Origin: Takakia lepidozioides
Lineage: Eukaryota; Plantae; Bryophyta
Length of the DNA stretch: 64,000 bases
NCBI GenBank assembly: GCA_030704615.1
Contig: CM060733.1
Location: 23,312,001 to 23,376,000, forward strand
Reading direction: 5' to 3'
Under the pieces are notes generated by a model. The model was not told the DNA's origin, made no database searches, and saw only the letters and a program-made list of their open reading frames with translations. A program made the translations under genes and the position numbers. Shown here one piece after another: positions 26,268 to 37,339 of the stretch (positions are counted from its first letter, which is position 1; each line of letters opens with the position of its first letter).

Positions 26268-27815
26268 TCACAGCTTGAGGCGATCACTGGGATAGATAAG
26301 ATCTGGGTTGGCGATTCCAGGATTGCTTTGGACCAGTTCCTGCCAACTAGATTTCCCGGCACGTCGGGAGATGAGGGACAAAGTATCCCCCTCTTTAACC
26401 TGGTACACTGGTGAGTTCGCCCTGATGCTTATTGCCACCAATGTGCCTACAAACACCACGACTCCTGCTACCACTGGCAACCATGGCAGGCCTCGCTTCC
26501 TGCCCCTCTCTTTATTCAACTTATCTTCTGGAGCCTTGCTTTGCTGCAATCTGTTCTGCGCATCTCTTCCTGAAGTCGTCTTTCTCTGTTCACTAACAGG
26601 AGCAGAGACTGTGCCTTGAGGTTCCCTTCCAAATGTTGTTCTAGGTGGGTCAGAGAGAGGTGTATAAATTTTGGAGGGTTTCCCGGCCGTGGCGGATCTT
26701 GTGCTTCTAGGCTCCTCTCTTGATGAAGATTTCGCCTTTTCATTCGGAGCCATAGGGATGCTTGAAGGTTCACTGACAAAGTCACGGCTCTTATCCAACT
26801 TGTCCTGCATCCTCCCAAGTTCCACCACAGCACTTTCAGGTTCGACAGTTGCCGCCTTTTCACTCTCTTCGGGAAGATTCACAGAGACCCCAGGGGGCTT
26901 GATTGGAGGACCCCCCAGCAAACCATTAACAACTTCAGCATTCTGTGCCCCATTTTGTGTCCCATTTCTCGCCAGACCTGTGCCTTGAGGCTGGGTTGCC
27001 GACGTGTGCACGGTCGCTTCAGGACTATGCGTGGAATTATCGGAAGGCTTACTGGGAGTGTCTTTATCACTAACAGGCCCGTCCCCAGATGCCTGCAAGC
27101 CATTGAGTACATCAGTATCGACTGCCTCGTCTTGTGGCCTCCCACTTTCTGGGACTGCACTTGCAAGCTGAGTTTCTGATGCCTCTTTACGCAGTTCAGC
27201 TATACTTGATGATGTCTCCTTACCCAGTTCCGCTAGATTCGTGTAAGACTTGGAAGAAGGCTTGCTGGCAGACTGTAGCAGGGACTCACGGAGACCACCG
27301 ACTAATTCATGAGGCATGGCATGCTTGTGCGTGGGCGTTGCCAGTGTGTGAGTAACATCATCAAAATCAGGTACTGGAAGCTGTTGCGCCCGAGCTTTTT
27401 TGGACAGCCGACGAATGCATACACATACTCTTCGTATATCCTTCTTTTCCACCGCATCAGGAGGAGTCAGAAGGTCCACGTCCCTCAAACCTACGTCCTT
27501 GCAAACCTTCAAAAAGGCCTCAATATTTGTGTACGGTACGTACCTGCTGCCTATCTTGCCTCTTATTCCAATGTCGGGAGATACAAGCTTTGGAGACGCT
27601 GTTTCATCGCCAAGTCTCCTCCGCATTAGCTCTTTCATGAGCTGTGCGACTCGATACAAAATGGCGCCATCCGCAAGCAAATCCACAAGACTGGCTCGCG
27701 AATCCATCATCTTTTCCCCAAGCGTGGCCTCCAACCATGTCCTAGCTTGCTTCTGAAGAAACTCATCATCTGAGTCTCTGAAGGACATGCTCGGCGACAG
27801 CCCTGTTTCAGCCAT
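26268..27815 (-). CDS. Intronless calponin-homology domain + disordered linker + single TM helix + C-terminal LysM protein
   Basis: 515-aa ORF. CH signature at about aa 18-143 (ARTWLEATLG..LVDLLADGAILYRVA..NIEAFLKVCKDVGLRDVDLLTPPDAVEKKDIRRVCVCIRRLS). Hydrophobic LPWLPVVAGVVVFVGTLVAISI at about aa 443-464. LysM YQVKEGDTLSLISRR..WQELVQSNPGIANPDLIYPSDRLKL at about aa 470-515. Confidence 0.92.
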   Translation of the reverse strand: MAETGLSPSMSFRDSDDEFLQKQARTWLEATLGEKMMDSRASLVDLLADGAILYRVAQLMKELMRRRLGDETASPKLVSPDIGIRGKIGSRYVPYTNIEAFLKVCKDVGLRDVDLLTPPDAVEKKDIRRVCVCIRRLSKKARAQQLPVPDFDDVTHTLATPTHKHAMPHELVGGLRESLLQSASKPSSKSYTNLAELGKETSSSIAELRKEASETQLASAVPESGRPQDEAVDTDVLNGLQASGDGPVSDKDTPSKPSDNSTHSPEATVHTSATQPQGTGLARNGTQNGAQNAEVVNGLLGGPPIKPPGVSVNLPEESEKAATVEPESAVVELGRMQDKLDKSRDFVSEPSSIPMAPNEKAKSSSREEPRSTRSATAGKPSKIYTPLSDPPRTTFGREPQGTVSAPVSEQRKTTSGRDAQNRLQQSKAPEDKLNKERGRKRGLPWLPVVAGVVVFVGTLVAISIRANSPVYQVKEGDTLSLISRRAGKSSWQELVQSNPGIANPDLIYPSDRLKL

Positions 27816-28453
27816 CCTGGCCTCCCCCTCTCTTTTCCACAGCAGCTACACACCTACTCAAGAAACCTCTGAACGCATTTTTTGGTACCTGAAGGCCCCC
27901 CTGTACCCCTTCTTTGACAGCCAAACCAAGTGCCTCAAACACAGTAGAACCTCGAATCAAGCTCACCGTGCCTGCTCGTCCCCAAATACCCTCAGACCTT
28001 CACACAACACTCCACCGGTATACTCGTACACTCTTCAACACTCCCTTCACTCCTTTCACAAAATCTGCACAAAAATGCAGCTGCTGCTCCTCTCACCTCA
28101 GCCTAACCGCCTGAACGTCAATGAAGCTGCAAGCAGAGCCCTAGAAGCAGAGCGAGCGAGGTTGCATAGCGGCCTGCAACAACACAAGCTGTTGACCACA
28201 AAAGGCAAATCCAATCCCGAGGAAGCTCCAGAGTGTGTGTGTCAGCGCAGAGCTATCAGGAGCGGGAGCAGCCCCTGTGCGACGGCGATGGCCCACCTTG
28301 CTCTGCTCTCCACTCCATCCCCGCCCGGGCAAGCCAGCACCAATAGAAACCCCGCTCTCGCCCTTCCCGCGCTTCAATACTTCCACTCTCTTGGACCTCC
28401 ATGCGGACAAACTACAGTACAATATAGATTATCCTGCAACGAAACTGGCACCA

Positions 28454-28524
28454 GTCGGTAGATCAGTTGGATGGAGCACTGAGTGCCACTCAGGTGGTTC
28501 TGGGATCAAATCCTTCTAACCGCT
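28454..28524 (+). other. Degenerate tRNA-like sequence (SINE head or tRNA pseudogene)
   Basis: A-box-like ggtagatcagttgg, stem ctgag-tgcca-ctcag and degenerate B box gggatcaaatcc. The acceptor stem is poor. Confidence 0.4.
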
Positions 28525-29436
28525 GGGCGCCTCATGGCGAGCTTACTATGAAGGAGGTTATTTTCTCCTCTCACTGTAATTAAGGGGCCTGATTTATGGG
28601 CGATCGCTCCCAGGTCTGTTTCCCTTTAAAATTTAAAATTTATAAAGATAAAAAACAAAAAAAACAAAACCGTGCAACCTGATGTACTTTCACGGAATTC
28701 AGGCAGCGTGGCCGGGCCCATACCAAATCCTTCTTATTACCTCGGATTGATTTTAAATACATCGGAATGCAAAGAGGTTGTCCAAAAGCAGAGAGTGAGT
28801 AGGCTAGTGAGTAAGGGGCCAGGTTGGAAAGGGGGGTGTGTGGGGATTAGAGAGTGGTCCAGGAATTATGAAGCGGGAGTTATAGTAAGGCCCCGGCCGC
28901 ACCTGGCTGCTAAGCTAGGTACCAGCCGTTAACGGCGTGGTGACGGCCGCACTTGCCCGTTACAACCCCCGCTAGTTAGCGGGCTCCTAGCTGCTGTTAA
29001 AGCTGACGGGGTTCTTCCGAAATTTAGCACGTCCTCCCCCAAGGTGGTAAATCGCGGTCACCGACTAAAAATCGGGCAGTCGGTCTTGCGCGCAACAGAG
29101 GTATGCAGCGACTCCCCTTCCCTGCGATCTCTCCCTTTCTCCGTCCCTGCCCCTCTTCCCTCTCTCTCTGCCTCCCTCTCTGCCTCCCTCTCTTTCATCA
29201 TCTCTCGCAATCCATCTCCTTCTATTCTTGTTCTTTCTTGTTTTTTGTTTTTGTTTTTGGTTGTTTGTGTATTCATGGGGTGGGTGACTGCACAGCAAGG
29301 AGCGCGGAGCGGGCGCGAGCAAGTCACCGGCGACCGCAGCTCAGTCAATGCAACCGTTCGCAATTCAGTGAGTGCCATTTACATAGTGCTTTGTGCTTTC
29401 CACATGGAGTGCTTTGTGGCTGGTGCAATGGGTTTA

Positions 29437-30000
29437 GGGGGTACAGGCACAATTCCCTTGATAGAATTGAAGAGAGTGTCTCTTTGGTGAGAGAACCCCG
29501 GACAGTGTATCAGAAAATGAATACTGTCTTCAGATTGCCCACACAACGGACAATTGCATTCTCTCTTTCCTCTCTGCTTCTGTTTGTTGTTCAAAGATAG
29601 GCTTCCTGCCCTGAGTTTAAATTTCAGTCTAGTGCCGAGAGTGGGTAGACCCTTGAGGTCATCCAAGATGTCCACCCCCATGTCACTGACTGGAAACAAG
29701 TTCAGGGAAGTTCTCTGCCTAACTTCATTTTCATCAGACAATCTCATGGCAACAGACATGGCTTCGGACACTACAGCCTCTAAGTCAGATTTATCCAGCA
29801 GGGTCAAGGCTTGCGGATCCAGGTCCAGGTCCTTGAGAATCTCTTCTACTCTCTTCTGCCAGGACTTAGCCTGTTTGACAGGGCGGTCCTGTTTCCAAGA
29901 TATGGAGTCGATTAACTTAGGATATCTGGTGTTGGGCATATGCTGCAGCTGACCCCACCATCTGACCTTGAATTCATCTAGTCGGGAGCTTAAGAGGTGC
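29437..30000 (-). pseudogene. LINE ORF2 C-terminal fragment (family B) inside the Harbinger
   Basis: DEFKVRWWGQLQHMPNTRYPK...[18 protein letters not shown] (CCHC), near-identical to 30753-31300 and 57963-58386. Confidence 0.88.
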
Positions 30001-30624
30001 AAGCATTATGAGCTCCCTCATCAATGTAGAGGGCTAGTTACCACAGATGTGATACGCAGTGATGTGGTCCTTTTCTGCAGTGCAGGGCCACAAATTGCCA
30101 GAAGATTTGAGCTGGGAAAAGACACATGTATTCATTGATCATCCCCTGCAAGTTTTGGCATAGTCCCCACAGGGTGTCAACCCCATTGGAGCCAGTTTGT
30201 AGCTACCAGGATCTGGAATTGCAGCCCGCCAAAGATATGGTGCTCGCACATCCAACAATGATCGGGATCCAGGGATTTAGAACTAAGGTGAAAAGCCAAT
30301 AGACATGATGTTGATTCCAGACATTGCTCTGGGCCCAATCCAACACAGATGCCACACGTGTGGCTGTGATTGCACTGCCTGACACACACTGCTTGAGAAA
30401 GGGCAGGGAAGAGCAGAGAGAGATAGCTCAACTGTAGACTTGATGGGAGGATACAACCCAGCATCCAGACCCAGGAGGGCCACAGCTTTCAGCATTGTCT
30501 CCAGCTTATATTAGTGAAGAAGTGTGTCGATGTTTGATTCTTTCAAAGACCTCTCCTTGAGCAGAGAACCAATTCCAATACATCAGAGCATATTTACCTC
30601 CCAAAGACCAGACCTGAGGCTCTT

Positions 30625-31750
30625 TTTCCAGATATCCTCTAGAAAACCCTTCACACAAGCATCAATCTGCTGTGTGTGATTTGCCCAAAAACTAGGCCTC
30701 AGGAGGGCCTGGGCCTTTGGCTCAGCCTCGAGATTTTCAAAGTTGGTAAACAGGGGTACAGGCACAATTCCCTTGATAGAATTGAAGAGAGCGTCTCTTT
30801 GGTGAGAGAACCCCGGACAGTGTATCAGAAAATGAATACTGTCTTCAGATTGCCCACACAGCGGACAATTGCACTCTCCCTTTCCTCTCTGCTTCTGTTT
30901 GTTATTCAAAGGTAGGCTTCCTGCCCTGAGTTTAAATTTCAGTCTAGTGCCGAGAGTGGGTAGACCCTTGAGGTCATCCAAGATGTCCACCCCTATGTCA
31001 CTGACTGGAAACAAGTTCAGGGAAGTTCTCTGCCTAATTTCATTTTCATCAGACAATCTCATGGCAACAGACATGGCTTCTGACACTACAGCCTCTAAGT
31101 CAGATTTATCCAGCAGGGTCAAGACTTGCGGATCCAGGTCCAGGTCCTTGAGAATCTTTTCTACTCTCTTCTGCCAGGACTTGACAGGGCGGTCCTGTTT
31201 CCAAGATATAGAGTCGATTAACTTAGGATATCTGGTGTTGGGCATATGTTGCAGCTGACCCCACCATCTGACCTTGAATTCATCTCGTCGGGAGCTTAAG
31301 GATTCTCCTCTGTCGTTGAATGCTACCACTGCACATTTGCTGACATTAGCCTCTAGCCCCCAAAGATCAAAGTATCTCTTCGCACAATCAATCAACTCCT
31401 GGAGATTGGTTGGAGTCTCCCCTATGCCTGCAAAGTCATCCGCAAACATAAGGGCTGGTATGGTGGTATCACCCACCCTTAACCCAAATCCTTCACTTTC
31501 CACATCCTCGAGGAGTTGATTGATGAAAACATTGAAGAGCAGAGGGGAGAGAGTACATCCTTGAGCTACACCTTGGTCTATGTCAAAGAAGTTGGACTTA
31601 TGTCCGTTAACAGTGACACAGCTTTTGGTGTGAGCATACAAGTTGTGGACAACTCTCCACATCTTTCCCTTGATCCCACAAGACCAGAGGCGGAACCATA
31701 GGCCATCTCTCCACACTGTGTCATAAGCCTTTTTGACATCCAGGAAAAAA
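30625..31750 (-). pseudogene. LINE reverse transcriptase + CCHC fragment (family B), internally deleted
   Basis: RT motifs FFLDVKKAYDTV, GVAQGCTLSPLLF and LMFADD. The sequence then jumps directly to the C-terminal region, with no YLG motif or thumb. Confidence 0.92.
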
Positions 31751-32718
31751 ACACATGAGTGTAAAAGAAACAGATGAGATGCATACATCAATTGGTCCTG
31801 GCCATACTGCCTCCTTTAAGTCATTGGGCCTACTGGAACAAACCCTCCAGAAGCTGTCATGGGTTTTTGACCCATAACAAAGCCCGAAATGGCCATAGCA
31901 ATAGCAGAGGCAGCCACTAACTACCAAGGATTCGGTCACAGTTGCCATAAGGGCTGGTGCAGCACCATAGCAGGAAGCTTGATGTTGACACCTAGAAAGA
32001 GACACATTAGACAAACATGCAACCACAGAGAGGGATTTATCTCTACCACCAGGCTGAGCTCTAGCCTGAAATCTCTATAGAACTTATGCAATCAACAACT
32101 ATTGGGTTGGGTTACATGGGAGTTAATAGTTGATGTAGGACTGGTGTGAAGATTATGTAGAAATGATGAGGCTCATTACAGCACCACTACTCTAGAACCC
32201 ATAATTTTCCACTCCCTGTCTCCAAGCAGTTGCAGGTTTGGCTTCTTAGGAGAATTTGGAATCTTTCAGCCTAATGCTCTTCAGGATTTCTATGGCATTA
32301 GTCTCATATTACACCAGGGCCACTCCACTAGCCACGACCCCAAAAACCAGTAAAGTTGATCTAGGGTCTCGCCCCTTCTTTTGTAGGACAGGGCAGAGGA
32401 TGGAGTGGAAGGCCGAGATGTCTAAAGTATTGGTGTGTTCTTGCTATGAAGTGCATTGAAGGTGGTGTAGTGGATAGATGTAGAGGTTGGTTAACAATTC
32501 TTTCCAGTGCATGAAGGTTGGAACTTCCTTGAATGAGCTGTCTGGCTGCAGGAATGCTGGAGGAGCTCCAGGAGCATGTGGAGTCCATTGGCATGGCAAA
32601 TGGTATACATGATTAAGTTTCCAAGGCCTCTTTGGCTCACGGTCTTTTGAACATCTATGTGAGGAGTATATGTTTGGAAGCTGAAAGTGGGGGGTTGGGG
32701 GGCGCAACAAAGTCCACC

Positions 32719-33702
32719 ATGTCTGCATCCACAACATCTAACAGCACCGGCAGTGGCCATGTGAGCTCCAAAAAGCGAGCCAGAGACAAGAACTGGACGG
32801 CTATGGAGGTACATGTGTTAGTTGTCGCAAAGCGCCATGAGTGGGAGGCTTGGAAGGCCTCCAATGCGCGTGGCAACATGATGTGCGACAAGGTAAAATG
32901 GGAGAGGGTAGTTGAAGTGTTGGAATCGCAGGGTGTGAGCGGGCGGGACGTTGCTGGGTGCACCACCAAGTGGCAGCATTTGTGCAAGCAGTACAAAGAC
33001 ATCCGGGGGCACCAACTCAATGCCACCGGCAACCAGGACTACTTCACAATGAGTTCTGATGAGCGCGTGGCGTTGGGACTTCCGAAGTCCTTTGCCAGGG
33101 ACCTCTTTGAGGACATGAACTTCCTGGCTGAGCGTGCGTGCAACGCTCCCAAACTGACATCAGTGAGCTTGAGGATAACACCAATTGTTGCTCCTTTGCC
33201 CCCTGTAGACATAGATACATCGTTGCCTCATATGGAAGAGGAAGTACTACCCTATGCTAATAATGAGGCTGCACCTGCTCTACCATCATTGGATGGGGTG
33301 GCCCATGTGCGGGTAGAGCATGATGAGGCGCCGATTCTTGCACGGGGTCGGCCTCCAGTGATGGGCCGGGAGAGGTATACCAACACCTCTCCCACACCCT
33401 TTACCAATTCGACAGGTAAGAAAAAGAAGGGAAGCACAACCAGTGCCGATCTACTCAAGGCCTTCAAGGAAGGGAATGAAGGTTTGTTAAAAAATATGGA
33501 GGAGGATAGGAAGGAGAGAATGGACAGGTTTGCCAAATCTTTTCAACTTCAAGATGACATCTTTAAATTTGAGGTTGAAAAAGCTAGAGCAACCTTAGCT
33601 ACAGAGCAGGCAGCTTCAGGTAACCAGCGCACCATGGTGTCGCATTTTGGAAAGCTCGTTGAGCATTTTGGAAAGCTAGTTGAGAAGAAAGATGACGCCT
33701 AG
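32719..33702 (+). CDS. Harbinger ORF1, Myb/SANT-like (trihelix) DNA-binding protein
   Basis: Open ORF with RARDKNWTAMEVHVLV...KWERVVEVLESQGVSGRDVAGCTTKWQHLCKQYKDI, NLS-like KKKK and a C-terminal coiled coil. It lies inside the Harbinger TIRs. Confidence 0.88.
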   Translation: MSASTTSNSTGSGHVSSKKRARDKNWTAMEVHVLVVAKRHEWEAWKASNARGNMMCDKVKWERVVEVLESQGVSGRDVAGCTTKWQHLCKQYKDIRGHQLNATGNQDYFTMSSDERVALGLPKSFARDLFEDMNFLAERACNAPKLTSVSLRITPIVAPLPPVDIDTSLPHMEEEVLPYANNEAAPALPSLDGVAHVRVEHDEAPILARGRPPVMGRERYTNTSPTPFTNSTGKKKKGSTTSADLLKAFKEGNEGLLKNMEEDRKERMDRFAKSFQLQDDIFKFEVEKARATLATEQAASGNQRTMVSHFGKLVEHFGKLVEKKDDA

Positions 33703-33989
33703 GGATATAGGGGATGACGCCTAGAAAGATACAGAATATGCAATCAAAGAACAGAACAAGCTGCATGTGACATATTCAAGTTGCTCTGTTTGTTTAAAGA
33801 GACAACTCTGACATTTTTGACAGATGTTTTTGTATCTCATACTTGTATTCATGCAACTGTACTTTGAAGTACTGGACCTGACTGCTATGTTTCCTCATTA
33901 GACCCTTTTGCAGTGGCTGTGGGTTGTGTATTGTGCCAGACGCTCCACTTAATACATGCCACCAACATGCGCGTGCAAAATGTGGTGGC

Positions 33990-34200
33990 GGGACTAAAAG
34001 TAAGCTCGCTTCGTGGAGGGTTATTTGGAATGATGTATGGCGTAAGGATAGGGCTGCAAAGATTATTGGATTTCCTTGGAGACTGGTTAATAGAATCCTT
34101 CCAGTTACCCACCTCTCATCTGACTCCCTTTCTACCTGCCAATTCTGCTCAGTGCTAACTAATGAAACGCTGGAGCACTTGTTTGTTTCCTGCCCAATCT
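33990..34200 (+). pseudogene. L1-type LINE zf-RVT fragment inside the Harbinger
   Basis: WRVIWNDVWRKDRAAKIIGFPWRLVNRILPV...CQFCSVLTNETLEHLFVSCP matches the pattern of the zinc-binding region downstream of plant L1 RT. Confidence 0.75.
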
Positions 34201-35242
34201 GCTCTTGCAGGCGAGGAGCCTGAGGTCAACTGGCGCCACAAGCGCAGCTGTACTAGGAAGGCTAGAGCAAAAACCCACCTCTCTTTTGAGCCTAACTTAG
34301 CATGAAAGTGTAGTGCTCCCTCGCTCGGTTTCTATTAGGATGCTCTCCTGAACGCTGGTTCTACCCAGGCAGTGGCTCTCCTCGCAGCTTCTTTCAGGAT
34401 CTCCCCCTGAGCTCTGGTTCGGAGCAGTGCCTCTTCTGGTGGTCTCTATGGCTTCCCCCGCATGGTTATTTTTTCTTTGCTTGTCCTCTTTTCAAACTAT
34501 CAGTGAAGTTATGAGGGCCTGTCCACTGTTTCTTTTTAAAAGGACCCATACGATAAGTAGGTTCTCTCCCTTTCGTTGGCTTGGACCAGAAGTCACTAGG
34601 GAACTTTACATTCGGGTTCCACCTGAGATGCCATGCCACAGGGAGCTTATCAAGTGACAGTTCCGTGACACAAGCTAAGCTTGAAGTGTCCCATCAAAGT
34701 TCAAACTGTCAGAGGGGTCTGGGTGAAGAATCAAGTTATATCTACCACCATCACTGTAGTGCGTGGCATAACCTTGCCCAATTGTACAACATCATTTCAC
34801 TGCACAATTCATGGTGTTGCTTGGAATACAAATTGTACAGAGCACAGCATTTACTACTTCTCAAGACAGGAGTTGTTCATGCCTGCAGACAGCTCTCTAA
34901 GGATGGACAATCCACCCTTCACAGAAATTCCACACCTGGAGGCAAACTCTAGCAAGTTGTACAAGGAGACAATCAAAACTCCATCCAACAGCTCCACTCA
35001 ACGAATCCCTACATCACCTTTACTAGCAATAAATCCTCACATTGATGAAGAGGCTGGTCCTTCAGTCTAGGCAGACCTGGAGGAAAATAAATTATTCAAT
35101 TACATCAAAGAAATGTCATCCTTAAATGACACCCTGACAAAAGGGTCTCATTCAGTGGGAAGCTCTCAATCAAAATTACCATAAGTGCGCGCAGAGCAAC
35201 CTAGGCACAAAACTAGACCCAAGTCTACAAAACTGGCTGATC

Positions 35243-35945
35243 TCAGTAACGGTAGTGGAAAGGTTTGTAGGGGCCCTCAACGGGCACACTGATGTAGGAG
35301 GCCTGATCAGGTGTCAACTTGGTGAGCTTGGCACCCAGTTTGTCCAGATGCAGGGCTGCCACCTTCTCGTCCAAATGCTTGGGCAGAACATACACTTTCT
35401 TCTCATACTTTCCAGTCTTACGCTCCTTCTACAACTCCAGCTGTGCAATCACCTGTGCCCAATCATTTAAACCCCATCCAAAGAAACTATGTTAGGCAAC
35501 ATAAAGAATAGCAACGGTTTGGTAGAGGCCACATAGGTAGGGCAGTCGATACACTAATTGAAACACTTTTGCATGTAAATGTCAGAAAATGGATCGCACC
35601 TGGTTAGTGAACGAGCAGGACATGACAAAGCTGGGGTGGCCAGTTGCACAACCAAGGTTCATGAGGCGACCCTCTGCCAAAATGATGACACCATGGCCAT
35701 CAGGGAACACCCAGCGATCAGTCTGGGGTTTGATTGTGATGCGCTTGATGCCAGGAAATGTCTCCAAGCCCAACATATCAATTTCATTGTCGAAGTGACC
35801 AATGTTGCACACAATGGCATTATTCTTCATCTTTTTCATGTCACCCACCATGATGATGTCCTTGTTACCAGTAGTGGTGACAAATATATCGGCCTCCCCA
35901 ACCACATCGACCAGTGTCAATACTTGATAGCCTTCCATCAAAGCT
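35243..35945 (-). pseudogene. SAHH: Captured 3' fragment of S-adenosyl-L-homocysteine hydrolase (two exons plus intron)
   Basis: [66 protein letters not shown], then a GT-AG intron (35599-35453), then [35 protein letters not shown]...[10 protein letters not shown]. Has a premature TAG and no 5' half. Confidence 0.95.
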
Positions 35946-35977
35946 TCACAAAAAGTAAGCCTGCATAGAGCACACAA

Positions 35978-37331
35978 TCATGTGTTGATGACGTGGTTGC
36001 ACAATATCGCCCTCAAATCAGCACCAACTGTATGGCCCCTATTGACAACTGGTTCTTGACTGTGGGCAACTCGATCACGCTCCATGATGGCTGCCATGGC
36101 ATCCATCTCATTGTAGATGCCCTCAAAGTCAACTTCCTTGAAATCAACCAAAAGATTATATAGGATGCAACAGGCATGAATAACCTGGGGCAAGAAATCA
36201 ATGTCGAGTTCGCTCCTCCAACCCACCTCTTTGAAGGTACCTTTCATTCGACCAAAGGCAATCTCCGAGAAAATTCTTGCCTTTGACAATTGGTGATTGA
36301 AGACGGTTTTGGCTCTGGAGAGGACTGGAGCATTGGGAGCTCTTTTGTAACTAGGGATGAGCCAGGGGAGGGCAGGGTAGACTGCATCACCAATAAGGAG
36401 TGGTGGGATCTCGTGTCCATTGTCAAGAATGACATTCTCACCACGCAAAAGAGTGCCCTGTGACGCAGGATAGAAAAGGGGGGAGTTCCGTAACACCCTA
36501 GAGTCGTTCATACTGCCGGGCTCTCCAACATAGATATCCACAAACTTTGCATCTGGATCCACGACCCCTTGTAGAACCATTGAATAGTAACCATTTCTGT
36601 TCCTGTAATCAAATTTGATGTCATTGTTGGGGGGCCTTGATTCTGATCTGTGTACAATCAATTGCACCGACAACATTCGGAATCCCTGATCTCTTCTCGT
36701 TTTCAAGCATCGATTTCTTGAGAGTCTCACCTCCTTGCCACTGTAGGTGGTGACCCAGGACAGAGATAATGGCAGGGACCACTTGTCGCAAAAGCTCATA
36801 CAGAGTTGAACGACCAATTCCAAAAGCCTCGGTAATTTCTATTGTTGTGGCTGCCCACAGTAGTTTATAAAGCACTGCCCCTACTCTCATCGGTACAGGT
36901 AAGCTCCTCCGGTACCTAGTATCCTGCATCTATATAACCGGTGCAAGGGCATTGCACAACCAATCGAATGTGCCTGCACTCATCTTCATAATCTGCAGCC
37001 ATCTCTCGTCATCATATTGCAAAAGAAAGTCCTCAAACCAAGCTCTCGATCTGTGCTTGACCCACATCCCTAAAGACACACCACCTCTTGGCTTGTAGTT
37101 CCTAATGGTCCAGAACTGGCGCTGCAAAAAACTCCTACATGCAAGGAGTAACATATCTAGATCGTCCTCCTTGGCTAGGTCAATATCATGACGAAGCAGA
37201 GTCGGTCGTGCCTCTTGTGGGCGTCTCATCCCAAACAACTCTGGAGCCTGATCGAGCATGAACTGTATAAAGACAAGAATCTCTCCCATGGCAATAGCCA
37301 ATTCGTTTGTCATATTGAAGTCTGAACTCAA
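35978..37331 (-). pseudogene. Harbinger DDE transposase (HARBI1/DDE_Tnp_4-like), disrupted
   Basis: HTH region (ITEAFGIGRST) and catalytic motifs VGAIDCT, LIGDAVYP and FSEIAFGRMKG, plus ACCILYN. In-frame TAG at 36930-36932 and a frameshift in the homopolymer run near 36629-36634. Confidence 0.93.
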
Positions 37332-37339
37332 GAACCAGC

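Noticed and set aside
27787-28461. 224-aa plus-strand ORF divergent from the CH-LysM gene
   Set aside because: No recognisable domain. It overlaps the probable 5' UTR/promoter and is likely a chance ORF.
28454-28524. Functional tRNA gene (also 38525-38610 and 44525-44595)
   Set aside because: Acceptor and anticodon arms or the T-loop are non-canonical, so these are treated as tRNA-derived relics.
35243-35945. Functional host SAHH gene
   Set aside because: The 5' half is missing, there is a premature TAG, and the fragment lies within transposon TIRs.
36930-36932. Stop-codon readthrough or U-to-C editing restoring the transposase
   Set aside because: Plant U-to-C editing is organellar and a separate frameshift also exists. 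A C>T decay mutation is simpler.
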